DNA of 64,000 nucleotides, from assembly GCA_035389045.1 (NCBI GenBank), contig DAOORA010000007.1, positions 1 to 64,000 on the forward strand, given 5' to 3'. The position numbers and the translations under genes were made by a program. Positions within the stretch are counted from its first letter, which is position 1; each line of letters opens with the position of its first letter. Positions 50,211 through 59,612 of this stretch are shown here, one piece after another. Origin of the DNA: Bacteroidales bacterium (GTDB lineage: Bacteria; Bacteroidota; Bacteroidia; Bacteroidales; CAIWKO01). The notes beneath the pieces are model-generated. The model was not told the DNA's origin. It made no database searches and saw only the letters and a list, made by a program, of their open reading frames with translations.

Positions 50211-51998
50211 ATGGTTGACCAGGATGTAAAATATCTGAAATTTAAAACCTATCTTAATACTTATTGCCCGTATTGTCATCAGAGCTTTAACATTGAGAGA
50301 AAGAATGATAAACAGGTGTTTTTCAAGGCAAAGTTTAAAGACCAGGAAATAGACCTTTCGCTCAGTCCCTATCTTGATGTATTTGAGTCAAAAACCAGTA
50401 TTGAGTTGGCTGAAGGGGAGAAGGTGGATGACCTGATCTGTCCGTATTGCAACAAAAGCCTTGTCAATAAAGAAATTAAATGCGCAGAGTGCGGTTCCGA
50501 TGTCGGGCAGATAATTATTTCTGCCGCATCCAAGCTGATACCTTTTTTTATTTGCCTGAAAAATGGATGTGAATGGCACGGTTTAACCAAAGCAGACGAA
50601 AGAAAGATCAAGTTAAAAATTCCGCGTCAGGAGATGCCTGAACAGGATCAGACACTCAGGGTTCATAATCACCAGGAAGTTCCCTATGGTTATACCACTG
50701 AATTAGCGTCTCTTGAAGCCGGCCGGTGCCTGCAATGCAAAAGCCCGAAATGTGTCGAGGGATGCCCCGTCAATGTTGATATACCGGAGTTTATTAAACT
50801 GATGCGTGAGGATAATTTTGATGGCGCCGCAAAGAAAATCAAGGAACGGAATGTACTACCTGCTATTTGCGGTAGAGTGTGCCCGCAGGAATCGCAATGT
50901 GAAGCGAAATGTGTGCTGGGATACAAGGATAAGCCCGTAGCTATTGGCCGCTTGGAGCGTTTTGTGGCAGATTTTGAGCGGAAAATGGAACTGGTGAAAG
51001 TACCCGTTATCAAAACCAGGAGAAACAAACGTATTGCCGTCATTGGCTCGGGTCCCGGCGGATTGACTGTTGCTGCTGATATGGCCATGCTCGGATATTC
51101 TGTCACCGTTTTTGAAGCCCTTCATGAGCTGGGAGGCGTTTTAACTTACGGTATTCCTGAATTCAGGCTTCCCAAATCCATCGTTCAGTTTGAAATTAAT
51201 TACCTGAAAGAAATTGGTGTTCGTTTTGAACTCAACCATGTAATTGGAAATATCATCACCATTCAGGAACTTCTTGAGCATTTTGATGCGGTGTATATTG
51301 GTGTTGGCGCCGGACTACCGGCCTTTATGGGTATTGAAGGTGAAAATCTTGGTTATGTGTTTTCTTCCAATGAGTACCTTACACGGATGAATCTGATGAA
51401 AGCCTATCGTTTTCCCGAATATGACACACCGATGCCCCGTGGTAACAAAGTCGTTGTCATCGGCGGCGGCAATGTGGCTATGGATAGTGCCCGCACGGCT
51501 ATCCGCACCGGGTCAAGTGAAGTAACCATCATTTACAGGCGGTCGAGGCAGGAATTGCCTGCACGGATGGAAGAGGTTCATCATGCCGAGGAAGAGGGCA
51601 TAAAATTCCGCCTGCTGACTAACCCGATGCGATATATCGGAACCGACTACAATACGGTGAAAGGTGTAGAATGTATCCGTATGGAACTGGGTGAGCCTGA
51701 CGAGTCGGGCCGGCGCAGGCCAATTCCAATAGAAGGATCCGAATTCATTATTGAATGTGATCTTGCTGTTGTTGCTATTGGAACCGGACCTAATCCTGTC
51801 ATTTTTCAATCCACCCCCGAACTGAAAAGGAATAAATGGGGATATATTGAGGTCAACCCTGAGACCAATGAAACCTCTATCCCTTTTGTTTATGCCGGCG
51901 GTGATATTGTTACCGGTTCGGCAACGGTGATCCTGGCGATGGGCGCCGGAAGAATTGCTGCCAATGCCATGCATAAAAAATTATCGAAATTGAATTAA
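50211..51998 (+). CDS. nfnB: NfnB/SudA large subunit (GltD-like, often auto-annotated NADPH glutamate synthase) with N-terminal Cys8 domain fusion
   Basis: After ~135 aa extension: MPEQD, RCLQC..CVEGCP, ICGRVCPQE.QCE, GSGPGG, YGIPEFRL, GGGNVAMD, YRR, GGDIVTG.ATVILAMGAG; adjacent to nfnA, no gltB nearby. Confidence 0.88.
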   Translation: MVDQDVKYLKFKTYLNTYCPYCHQSFNIERKNDKQVFFKAKFKDQEIDLSLSPYLDVFESKTSIELAEGEKVDDLICPYCNKSLVNKEIKCAECGSDVGQIIISAASKLIPFFICLKNGCEWHGLTKADERKIKLKIPRQEMPEQDQTLRVHNHQEVPYGYTTELASLEAGRCLQCKSPKCVEGCPVNVDIPEFIKLMREDNFDGAAKKIKERNVLPAICGRVCPQESQCEAKCVLGYKDKPVAIGRLERFVADFERKMELVKVPVIKTRRNKRIAVIGSGPGGLTVAADMAMLGYSVTVFEALHELGGVLTYGIPEFRLPKSIVQFEINYLKEIGVRFELNHVIGNIITIQELLEHFDAVYIGVGAGLPAFMGIEGENLGYVFSSNEYLTRMNLMKAYRFPEYDTPMPRGNKVVVIGGGNVAMDSARTAIRTGSSEVTIIYRRSRQELPARMEEVHHAEEEGIKFRLLTNPMRYIGTDYNTVKGVECIRMELGEPDESGRRRPIPIEGSEFIIECDLAVVAIGTGPNPVIFQSTPELKRNKWGYIEVNPETNETSIPFVYAGGDIVTGSATVILAMGAGRIAANAMHKKLSKLN

Positions 51999-52015
51999 TC
52001 TTTAAAAATAAAAAT

Positions 52016-52471
52016 ATGAATGAATTTAAATCTGTTGATGAAATCCTTGATTTTGCCATAGAAGCTGAACAGGATGCCGTTGAGTTTTACACCAAACTGG
52101 CTGATACTGCTACCAACCCTCAGATGAAAGCTGTTTTTGAAGAATTTGCTCAGGAAGAAATGGCGCATAAAGCCCGCCTCTTGAGAATCAAGGAAACCGG
52201 ACTTCTGGAATCAAGCAGGGAAGTAGTGATGGACATGAAAGTGGCTGATTATATAGCACATGTTCATATATCTCCGGATATGACCTATGCTGATGCCCTG
52301 GTCGTAGCAATGAAAAAAGAAAAAGCTGCCTTTAAGTTGTATATTTCCCTTTCAGAAAGAACGCCTGACCCTAGCATCAAATCATTGTTTCTATCGCTTG
52401 CCCAGGAAGAATCAAAACATAAACTGCGTTTTGAACTGGAATACGATGAGTATGTGTTGAGGGAAAACTAG
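52016..52471 (+). CDS. Ferritin-like / rubrerythrin-family diiron protein (no rubredoxin domain)
   Basis: AIEAE..A..FY, EEMAH, AMKKE..A..LY, EESKH duplicated diiron motifs. Confidence 0.85.
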   Translation: MNEFKSVDEILDFAIEAEQDAVEFYTKLADTATNPQMKAVFEEFAQEEMAHKARLLRIKETGLLESSREVVMDMKVADYIAHVHISPDMTYADALVVAMKKEKAAFKLYISLSERTPDPSIKSLFLSLAQEESKHKLRFELEYDEYVLREN

Positions 52472-52480
52472 GAAGGGGTT

Positions 52481-52645
52481 GGCTGTTAGGCGGTTAGGCG
52501 GTTAGGTTGTTAAACTGTTAGACTATTAGACCGTTAGACTGTTAGGTTGTTAGACTGTTAGGCTGTTAGGCTGCTAGGCTGTTAGACTGTTAGGCTGTTA
52601 GGCTGTTAGGCTGTTCGGCTGTTAGGCTGTTAGGCTGTTAGGCTG
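52481..52645. repeat. Tandem octamer repeat, 20 copies plus a partial, consensus GGCTGTTA
   Basis: Contiguous 8-nt units (GGCTGTTA, GACTGTTA, GGCGGTTA, GGTTGTTA...) with no spacers or indels, between convergent genes. Confidence 0.97.
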
Positions 52646-52697
52646 GCCTGATGGCTATTGGGAGGATGGTTGTGGCGGAGTGAATTGTTAACCTTTT

Positions 52698-53111
52698 TTA
52701 TTCTCCGATAATTTTTATCAGCACTCTTTTTCGTCTTCTTCCATCGAATTCGCCATAGAAAATGGTTTCCCAGGGACCGAAGTCCAGTTGTCCGTTGGTT
52801 ATAGCAACAACTACTTCACGTCCCATTACCTGGCGTTTCAGATGGGCATCACCGTTATCTTCCCCTACATTGTGATGATAACCATCGCGGCTGTACGGAG
52901 CAAGTTTTTCAAGCCATTCCATATAATCCCGGTGCAGGCCGGATTCGTTATCGTTGATAAAAACACTGGATGTGATATGCATGGCATTTACTAAGCACAA
53001 GCCTTCCCTGATCCCGCTTTCGCGGACAGCCTGCTGAACCTCAGGGGTGATGTGTACGAACTGATAACGTTTTTCGGTGTTGAACCATAGTTCTTTACGG
53101 TAACTTTTCAT
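52698..53111 (-). CDS. yjbQ: YjbQ / UPF0047 family protein
   Basis: [38 protein letters not shown]. Confidence 0.92.
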   Translation of the reverse strand: MKSYRKELWFNTEKRYQFVHITPEVQQAVRESGIREGLCLVNAMHITSSVFINDNESGLHRDYMEWLEKLAPYSRDGYHHNVGEDNGDAHLKRQVMGREVVVAITNGQLDFGPWETIFYGEFDGRRRKRVLIKIIGE

Positions 53112-53244
53112 ATTATTTTGTTTTATATGTTAATATCATTATGCCTTGCTTATTGCTTGCGATACAATTTATAAATCAATTATTAACGATTGTAAATCAG
53201 TATTTTAATGTGTTTTTTACAAGGATTCATTCGGAACTTTTGTA

Positions 53245-55488
53245 CTATTGATTCTGTTTACCGGAGTTTTGCATCATGGTTACGATGATGTTCCTGTTAA
53301 TAATTGCTTCGTTATACTGCGGATTAAGCTCAATAGCTTTGTTCCAGTCATCCAGGGCTCCCTGGTAATTGTTGAGATAGTACTTTGAGTTCCCTCTTTT
53401 AAAATAAGCAACCGGATTTCTATCATTGATTGATAGTGCTTTGTCAAAATCTTTAATAGAAGCTTCATGGTCACCCAGTTCGGTGCTTGCACTGCCATGA
53501 TTGATGCAGGCATTGGCTATATCTTCATTGCTCATGTCGCATTTCAGTGCGGTTTCATAATCGGCAAGTGCTTTTTTCAGGTATATTTCCCTCATGTTCT
53601 TATTCTGCGCATAAACCCTGTTTGCATAATAATCAACATAACAGACGCCCCGGTTAATAAAGGATTTGCCGTAGCCGGCATCAGCCACCAGGGAACTGTC
53701 GAATGCCCTGATGGCACCTTCATAGTCATCTAAATCTATTCTTACACTGCCAAGATTATAGTACGACTGGGCTTTTTCCAATGGTGATGATGAAAATTTC
53801 AGAGCGTTTTTATAATCGCTGACCGCCATGTTGAGGTAGATCATTCTTTTTGCCGTATCGCCCGAAAAATAGTTATTGGCAATGTGGTCGCGGTAGCAAT
53901 TGCCCCTGTTGAGATAGGCACTTCTAAATTCAGGATCTGTTTTTATTGAACTTTCAAAATCCTTCAAAGCGCCAAAAAAATCCCCGAGATCGGTTTTTGC
54001 GATGGCCAGATTATAATAGGCCTGCGATTTTTCCTGCTGCGTCAGGGCATATTTAGCCGAGTTTTCAAAATCACTGACAGCCTGTTTTAAATAGGATTCC
54101 CTTTTTACATAATCCCGGGCATAAAGCGTTTTCGCAAAATAGGTACTATTATATTCCCCCCTGTTGATATACGCTTTACTGCACTTAGGATATTTTTCGA
54201 TAACGTCTGAAAAAAGCAGGTAGTCGTTTGCCCAGATTTTTACACGATTAAAGGTCACAAGGGCAAAAACACCGAAAATAATCACAAAAGCCCCCATTGA
54301 GAATTTTTGATAATTAATCTTTCCGCTTACTTTTAAGGATAAAAGTTCATATATTTTCCCCACAATAAAAAAAATACCGACATATGGAACATAACTGTAA
54401 CGATCGGCCATTATGGCATATCCAACGGGTACAAATTGAAGCACCAGTATCATAGTGACTAAGAAAAATAAAAATCCGAAAATAATATCCTTACCCCATC
54501 TTCGTGAATACCAGACAAAAACAAAAAGCAATACAATTAATATAATAGATATATAATATAAGAATGGAAGCGTACTTCCCAATTCATTGGGGTACGGGTA
54601 GATAGGTGAGAGGTGCACCGGGATAAAAGCCTTAAACAAATAACTCATGAATGAAAAAGAAACAACAGAAACATGTTCAAGAAGGGTCATGGTTGGCGCT
54701 ATTTCCTGTATGGCACCTTTCTGCGACTGTATGGTTATCAGGCCAAAAATAAGTGATGCTGCCAGAAAAGGAATTTTTTCAATGATCGTTCTCCATGACC
54801 AATGGCGGTTGGTGTAATAATCCAGAAGAAACATGACCAGGGGCAGGATCACGGCAGCCGGTTTGCTCATGCACGACAGGACAAAAAGGATAAATGAATA
54901 AGCTAAGAATTTAAGGTTTTGATATTTCAGATACTTTGTATAGATGATCAATGACAGTAAAAAGAAAAAAGTGTACAGTACATCTTTTCTTTCGGCAACC
55001 CATGCGACTGATTCAACGTGCATGGGATGAACCGCAAAAAATGCAGCCGTGATCAGTGCAACCATAGTATTTACCGGCGATATTTTCTTTATTAAAACAA
55101 AAACCAAAACCGTGTTAACCAGATGTAACAAAATGTTATTCAAATGGAAGATCCATGCTGTACCGGAGCCGATTTTATTTTCAACGGCATAGAGCAACAT
55201 GGTTACCGGCTGATAATTATTGGCGTAAAAGTTTGTGAAAATCAGCCTGATATTTTCCCACCGAAGATCTTTAATATGGCTGTTTTCACCCACATACAAA
55301 GGATCGTCCCACCTTTTAAGCAGTTCAAATCCGATGGCTTGTGCATAAATTATGAATGTGATGATCAGGATAATTCCCAAAGCTAACCAAAACCATTTGC
55401 GATACTTATCCGTATCGGTATTTTGCCTTGGTTTTCTGTTGGCTATCTGGCTTTTGGGGTTCTTCTTTTTCCTTTCTTTTGAGTTCAT
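53245..55488 (-). CDS. TMTC-like GT-C membrane glycosyltransferase with C-terminal TPR repeats
   Basis: WDD loop, YQP, FH..N..LH, HPMHVESVAWVAERKD, SKP.A, ADRY.Y; many TM helices; AY.NRG TPRs. Confidence 0.8.
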   Translation of the reverse strand: MNSKERKKKNPKSQIANRKPRQNTDTDKYRKWFWLALGIILIITFIIYAQAIGFELLKRWDDPLYVGENSHIKDLRWENIRLIFTNFYANNYQPVTMLLYAVENKIGSGTAWIFHLNNILLHLVNTVLVFVLIKKISPVNTMVALITAAFFAVHPMHVESVAWVAERKDVLYTFFFLLSLIIYTKYLKYQNLKFLAYSFILFVLSCMSKPAAVILPLVMFLLDYYTNRHWSWRTIIEKIPFLAASLIFGLITIQSQKGAIQEIAPTMTLLEHVSVVSFSFMSYLFKAFIPVHLSPIYPYPNELGSTLPFLYYISIILIVLLFVFVWYSRRWGKDIIFGFLFFLVTMILVLQFVPVGYAIMADRYSYVPYVGIFFIVGKIYELLSLKVSGKINYQKFSMGAFVIIFGVFALVTFNRVKIWANDYLLFSDVIEKYPKCSKAYINRGEYNSTYFAKTLYARDYVKRESYLKQAVSDFENSAKYALTQQEKSQAYYNLAIAKTDLGDFFGALKDFESSIKTDPEFRSAYLNRGNCYRDHIANNYFSGDTAKRMIYLNMAVSDYKNALKFSSSPLEKAQSYYNLGSVRIDLDDYEGAIRAFDSSLVADAGYGKSFINRGVCYVDYYANRVYAQNKNMREIYLKKALADYETALKCDMSNEDIANACINHGSASTELGDHEASIKDFDKALSINDRNPVAYFKRGNSKYYLNNYQGALDDWNKAIELNPQYNEAIINRNIIVTMMQNSGKQNQ

Positions 55489-55581
55489 GTAAATGAATAT
55501 TTCAGATTATTTTGCCTGTGAGGCTTAAAATATTAAGTATTGCAAAATGTTTCTGTGGTATTAAATCCTTGCACCGGGCTG

Positions 55582-55589
55582 CAAATATA
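55582..55589 (-). promoter_or_regulatory. TAnnTTTG -7 promoter element
   Basis: TATATTTG(CA) upstream of ATG 55488. Confidence 0.45.
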
Positions 55590-55637
55590 AACTTTTAGTG
55601 TTGATTAGAAGTTTCTCGGAATGGTGCCCGTCTGTCA

Positions 55638-56558
55638 TTATTGTTTATAAGTGACAGACGCAAAAGTTCTGTGCAGGCCTTTTGAATATTTTACAGCAGG
55701 GTATCCGAAAATCACAAACAATCCTTCTCGGCTGGGAAATCTGATGCCCTGTGCCTCCCTGAATTTTTTTCCTTTCCGGCTATATTGTATCATAGGGTGA
55801 ATACCTCCCAGCATACAGGTTCCCAGTCCGAGTGATTCGCCGGCGATCATGGCATAGGTGGCTGCGATCAGCGGATCGGCAGGGTCGCAGTATGGAGAAC
55901 CATAGAAATATATGGCCAGGGGCGCATCATACATAACAAAGTCAAGTCCTTTCTTCATATTTCCGGTATATGCTTCAAACAGAGGCCTGATAAATTTTCT
56001 GAACAGTTCGTCGTTTGTCTTGCCCCAGAATGGCCTCATCGCCGCCAGAAACCAGCCGGAGACGAACCATTTTATACTTTCCAGAAATGCGCAGTAGTCC
56101 TCCGAAAATTTCCGTACCTTTTTTTTACTGTCCAGTATCAGGACATTGACATCCGAAGGCGGCAGCCCCATAGGTGCGGTGCTGGCTGCATCCAGTATCC
56201 GGGCGATCAGCTCCTGTCCGACCGGTTGGTCTTTAAACTCCCTGATGCTTCTTCTTGATTTCAGCAGGTGGACTAAGGATTCATATCCGGCCATGGCTTC
56301 TTTTTCAGGAAGTTTGAAAAGGTCGGCGGGTGAAAGTTCACGGCCGTATATTTCAATTGCGTCTTCAGGGCACACTGCCATGCAATGACCGCAGGCGATG
56401 CAACCGAAAAGTGCATTTTCCGATAGGGTGGCTTTTTTATCCGTCACCACCAGACCGAAATCTTTGCAGACGCTTACACACAATCCACAGCCACTGCATT
56501 TTTCTTTATCAATCTTTATGACGGCTTTTTCTTTGGTTCTCGATGTTGGTATGGCCAT
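55638..56558 (-). CDS. Nitroreductase family protein with N-terminal 2x[4Fe-4S] ferredoxin
   Basis: CSGCGLCVSVC, CIACGHCMAVCP, RRSIREF, AP, SLGLGTC. Confidence 0.9.
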   Translation of the reverse strand: MAIPTSRTKEKAVIKIDKEKCSGCGLCVSVCKDFGLVVTDKKATLSENALFGCIACGHCMAVCPEDAIEIYGRELSPADLFKLPEKEAMAGYESLVHLLKSRRSIREFKDQPVGQELIARILDAASTAPMGLPPSDVNVLILDSKKKVRKFSEDYCAFLESIKWFVSGWFLAAMRPFWGKTNDELFRKFIRPLFEAYTGNMKKGLDFVMYDAPLAIYFYGSPYCDPADPLIAATYAMIAGESLGLGTCMLGGIHPMIQYSRKGKKFREAQGIRFPSREGLFVIFGYPAVKYSKGLHRTFASVTYKQ

Positions 56559-56570
56559 AAGTGTGTTTTG

Positions 56571-57155
56571 TTATTTTTTATAGGTGTAATGCCCGATGAT
56601 CCTGAAATCAAACAAGCAATCAGCCAGCACCTGCCCTGCGCCGATGTTATGGACGATCATAAATCGTTTTCCGTCATCAGATTTTTTATCTACTACCAGC
56701 CCGATATGCGTGATTTCGCCTCCCAGATTCCAGCATACGATGTCGCCCGGGGTATAGTCGTCCGGATTGCCGGTGATGGTTTTGACCGTTCCATGACTGG
56801 CAAAGAAAACCATAAGATTTTGTACCCTCCGGTGGTCAATGTTTTTATCCGGTTTATGAAGCCCCCACATGTCCGGGTAAAGGTCAAAATTTGCGCTCAT
56901 ATCCTCATGGACTTCTTTTTGCAGGTCTATGCCCAGTTTCCGGTACGCGCGAATAACGACATCTGTACATACGCCTTTATTTGCGGGAATGTCCCCATTT
57001 GGATAGTCTATATCAACATATGCAGGATCATATTCGACTTTGATTTTCGTAAGTTCAATGGCAGCGTCGGAAAGTCTGGTGAAAAAATCCTCCTGTCCGC
57101 TTACAACAATGACTGTGACGAGGAATACGAGTAAACATATTGTTATTTTTCTCAT
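56571..57155 (-). CDS. DUF1287 (YijF-like) exported protein
   Basis: YDPAY..YP.GD, GVCTDVVIRAYR, NIDHRRV, PGDIV.W, HIG, HNIG. Confidence 0.88.
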   Translation of the reverse strand: MRKITICLLVFLVTVIVVSGQEDFFTRLSDAAIELTKIKVEYDPAYVDIDYPNGDIPANKGVCTDVVIRAYRKLGIDLQKEVHEDMSANFDLYPDMWGLHKPDKNIDHRRVQNLMVFFASHGTVKTITGNPDDYTPGDIVCWNLGGEITHIGLVVDKKSDDGKRFMIVHNIGAGQVLADCLFDFRIIGHYTYKK

Positions 57156-57280
57156 ATTATGAGTTCAGTTACGTATTATCTTTTTTGAAGATAGTCATGA
57201 CAAATATAAATAATTATAGCTAAATCTGAATGGGTTATCAGGGATATTTGAAACCGGAAAAATCTGAAGAGCTAACACAA

Positions 57281-58378
57281 TTACATAGACCTGCAGGCCG
57301 TTTCAAAATCCCGGGCATCAAACTTATTTTGACCGGTGCCTTCAAAAAAGCGTATCAGGTTTCCGTTCCAAAGCAGAACCACGCCGGGTGTGTCGGCATT
57401 CATTCCTAAAAGTTGCCAGAAAACAGGAACTTCCAGTATACTATAAGGAAAACTCACGCCGGCCTCTTTAAAGAAATCTGGTATCAGTTCTGTTTCTTCG
57501 TTCATAAAGAAAACATAAACAGGAGGAATTTCAATTTTTTTTGAGATAGCATTTAGAACAGTTGCAGTTTCTCTGCAATCTTCACAACCTGCAGAAAAAA
57601 AACAGATGACCTTTTTTCCTTCATCCAGATCCACCGTTTTATTACCGAAGGTCTTAAAATCACTATATATGGATTTTGTTTTTTTCGGGCCTTTGTTTTC
57701 ATTTTGTATCAAAGGATCAGACACTTTAGCAGGCTTGCTGTTATTAGTTTTAATCTTTTGACCGGTAGTGTCTTGTGTAGAAATTGCCGCGGTATCCTTA
57801 AATGTCTGGTTTTGTTCAACCGTGTCGGCGCTATACGTATTTTGTTTCGCCGGGTCGTAGGTTTTACAAGGACAAAAAGGAAAGAAAACAAATACGGCCA
57901 AGGCCATCGCCAGGTATATCAATAACAAATATATAAATTTATCCTTACCTTTTTCACGCTTACTGATATTTCTGAACAGGTAGATCAGCAACCCGATGGT
58001 CACTATATTTTTGATGAAGGCTTCCAGCGGCGTCATTGGTATCAGTTGTCCGAAGCAGCCGCAATTACCGCTCATAGCGCCCTGTCTGTACATCACGATA
58101 GTGAGGTGGATGCAGAACGCAAGCAATAGCAGCAGAGTTCCCGGAATAACAATCTTTTTCAGATGGTGTGGCTGCAGTATTGCAATTCCTATGGCAAGCT
58201 CAAGGGCGATCATGAATCTTGCGAGGTAAGGTGCATAGCACCATGAAGTGATACCCAGGTCAACGAGTTGTTTTTCGAAAGCCCAGACAGGGAATAGTTT
58301 GGCAATACCTGAAACGGTGAATAAAACGAAGATAAGTATTCGGATCAGCCAGAGGAGGATGTTATTTTTATTCTTCAA
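57281..58378 (-). CDS. DoxX/MauE-like membrane protein with C-terminal thioredoxin-like domain
   Basis: LF..SG.AK, E..IG, NCGCFG, FFSAGCEDC; TTG start. Confidence 0.75.
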   Translation of the reverse strand: MKNKNNILLWLIRILIFVLFTVSGIAKLFPVWAFEKQLVDLGITSWCYAPYLARFMIALELAIGIAILQPHHLKKIVIPGTLLLLLAFCIHLTIVMYRQGAMSGNCGCFGQLIPMTPLEAFIKNIVTIGLLIYLFRNISKREKGKDKFIYLLLIYLAMALAVFVFFPFCPCKTYDPAKQNTYSADTVEQNQTFKDTAAISTQDTTGQKIKTNNSKPAKVSDPLIQNENKGPKKTKSIYSDFKTFGNKTVDLDEGKKVICFFSAGCEDCRETATVLNAISKKIEIPPVYVFFMNEETELIPDFFKEAGVSFPYSILEVPVFWQLLGMNADTPGVVLLWNGNLIRFFEGTGQNKFDARDFETACRSM

Positions 58379-58390
58379 GGTACAATTTGA

Positions 58391-59470
58391 TTAAGGAGTG
58401 ATTTTTCCCTGTATGATCAAAATGAGGAACGGTCGTGCCGGGTCATTGGTGTTTACCAATACCGTACGTTTTTCTTCGCCGGCTAATCCTTTGGTATTGA
58501 ATTCAATGATAATCTTGCTGCTTTCTCCTGCGGCTACGGCAGTTTTCCCTTCAACGGACACTTTGCAATCATCCCGGTAAGGGGCTACTTTCCGGATAAA
58601 AAGGGTGTCTTTTCCTTTATTGGTGAATTCAAAACTTTTTTTAACGATGTCGCCCGTTTTAACTGTCCCGTAATCAATAAAATCAGTTGTGAATGTGATG
58701 CCCGGTGCATTTTTTTTCTGTTCATCGGTGAGTTTCGAAAAATCGTCCACTATAGTTGCTGTTACCAACATTTTCTTTTCGGGATTAAAGAAATCATTAG
58801 TCATAAGCGATACCGTATCCGTGACTATGCCATAAGCATTTTTTTTGGAGGCATCATAAGTTATGTAAATTTTACCGCGCTGCTTTGGCGCCAGTGTTGA
58901 TGGATTTGCGCTGCATTTTATGAAGGTTGGCAAATCTTTAAAGGCCAGGGTGACAGGATTATTCCATGAATTATATATAAGCAATGAATCTTTTTTAACT
59001 TCTTTGTTGCTTACATTTCTCAAATAGAAAGCATTGGATGCCATCAGGATATTTCCGTTCTTAACGGGGAAGGAGTCGAGCAGGGTCTTTACTTTTGGGA
59101 TAACCTCTCCTTTGATATTCAATGTGACTTCAGGTACTAATGCATTGGAGCTAACCCATACCGATTTTTCAAATACGCCCGGCCTGCGGTTGGGATCGTA
59201 AAAAACCTTAACAAAACCTTTTCCTCCGGGAGCTACCGGAGTTTGCGTCCATTCAGCGGTGATACATCCGCATGAAGGTTTTACTGTTGCAATCTCCAGT
59301 TTTTCATTCCCATTGTTGGTGAAGTTGAACTCCGTGGAAACCTTGCCGCCTTCTTCCTTAAATTTGCCGAAGTCATGCACAGTCTTATCAAACATAATAA
59401 CAGCCTTGTTTTGCCCGTATACCGCGACGCTAAATAAAATTAACAATGAAAGAAGTAGTTTTGTTTTCAT
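58391..59470 (-). CDS. Exported protein with three DUF1573-type Ig-like domains
   Basis: HDFG..F.F.N.G..L.I..V.PSCGC..PG; third domain DYG..FEFTNKG. Confidence 0.85.
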   Translation of the reverse strand: MKTKLLLSLLILFSVAVYGQNKAVIMFDKTVHDFGKFKEEGGKVSTEFNFTNNGNEKLEIATVKPSCGCITAEWTQTPVAPGGKGFVKVFYDPNRRPGVFEKSVWVSSNALVPEVTLNIKGEVIPKVKTLLDSFPVKNGNILMASNAFYLRNVSNKEVKKDSLLIYNSWNNPVTLAFKDLPTFIKCSANPSTLAPKQRGKIYITYDASKKNAYGIVTDTVSLMTNDFFNPEKKMLVTATIVDDFSKLTDEQKKNAPGITFTTDFIDYGTVKTGDIVKKSFEFTNKGKDTLFIRKVAPYRDDCKVSVEGKTAVAAGESSKIIIEFNTKGLAGEEKRTVLVNTNDPARPFLILIIQGKITP

Positions 59471-59612
59471 ATCGTTTCACTTTTTTCTTATATAAATACT
59501 TTAAATTATTTGCTTTATACATTTTGTCTGCTTCGTTATTCAAGCAGCCGCAGATATGTGTCTGAAAAATCATTTACATAACGGATACAAAAATAAAAAA
59601 TTATTTTTCAAT

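Noticed and set aside
50211..51998. True glutamate synthase
   Set aside because: No gltB large subunit nearby; paired with an NfnA-type gene
52481..52645. CRISPR array
   Set aside because: Units are 8 nt and contiguous with no unique spacers; no cas genes in the window
56568..57134. 188 aa + strand ORF, and the many other 60-160 aa ORFs overlapping long genes
   Set aside because: Antisense or alternate-frame shadows of well-supported genes with no recognisable motifs; those in 2200-7800 recur only because the host gene is repetitive
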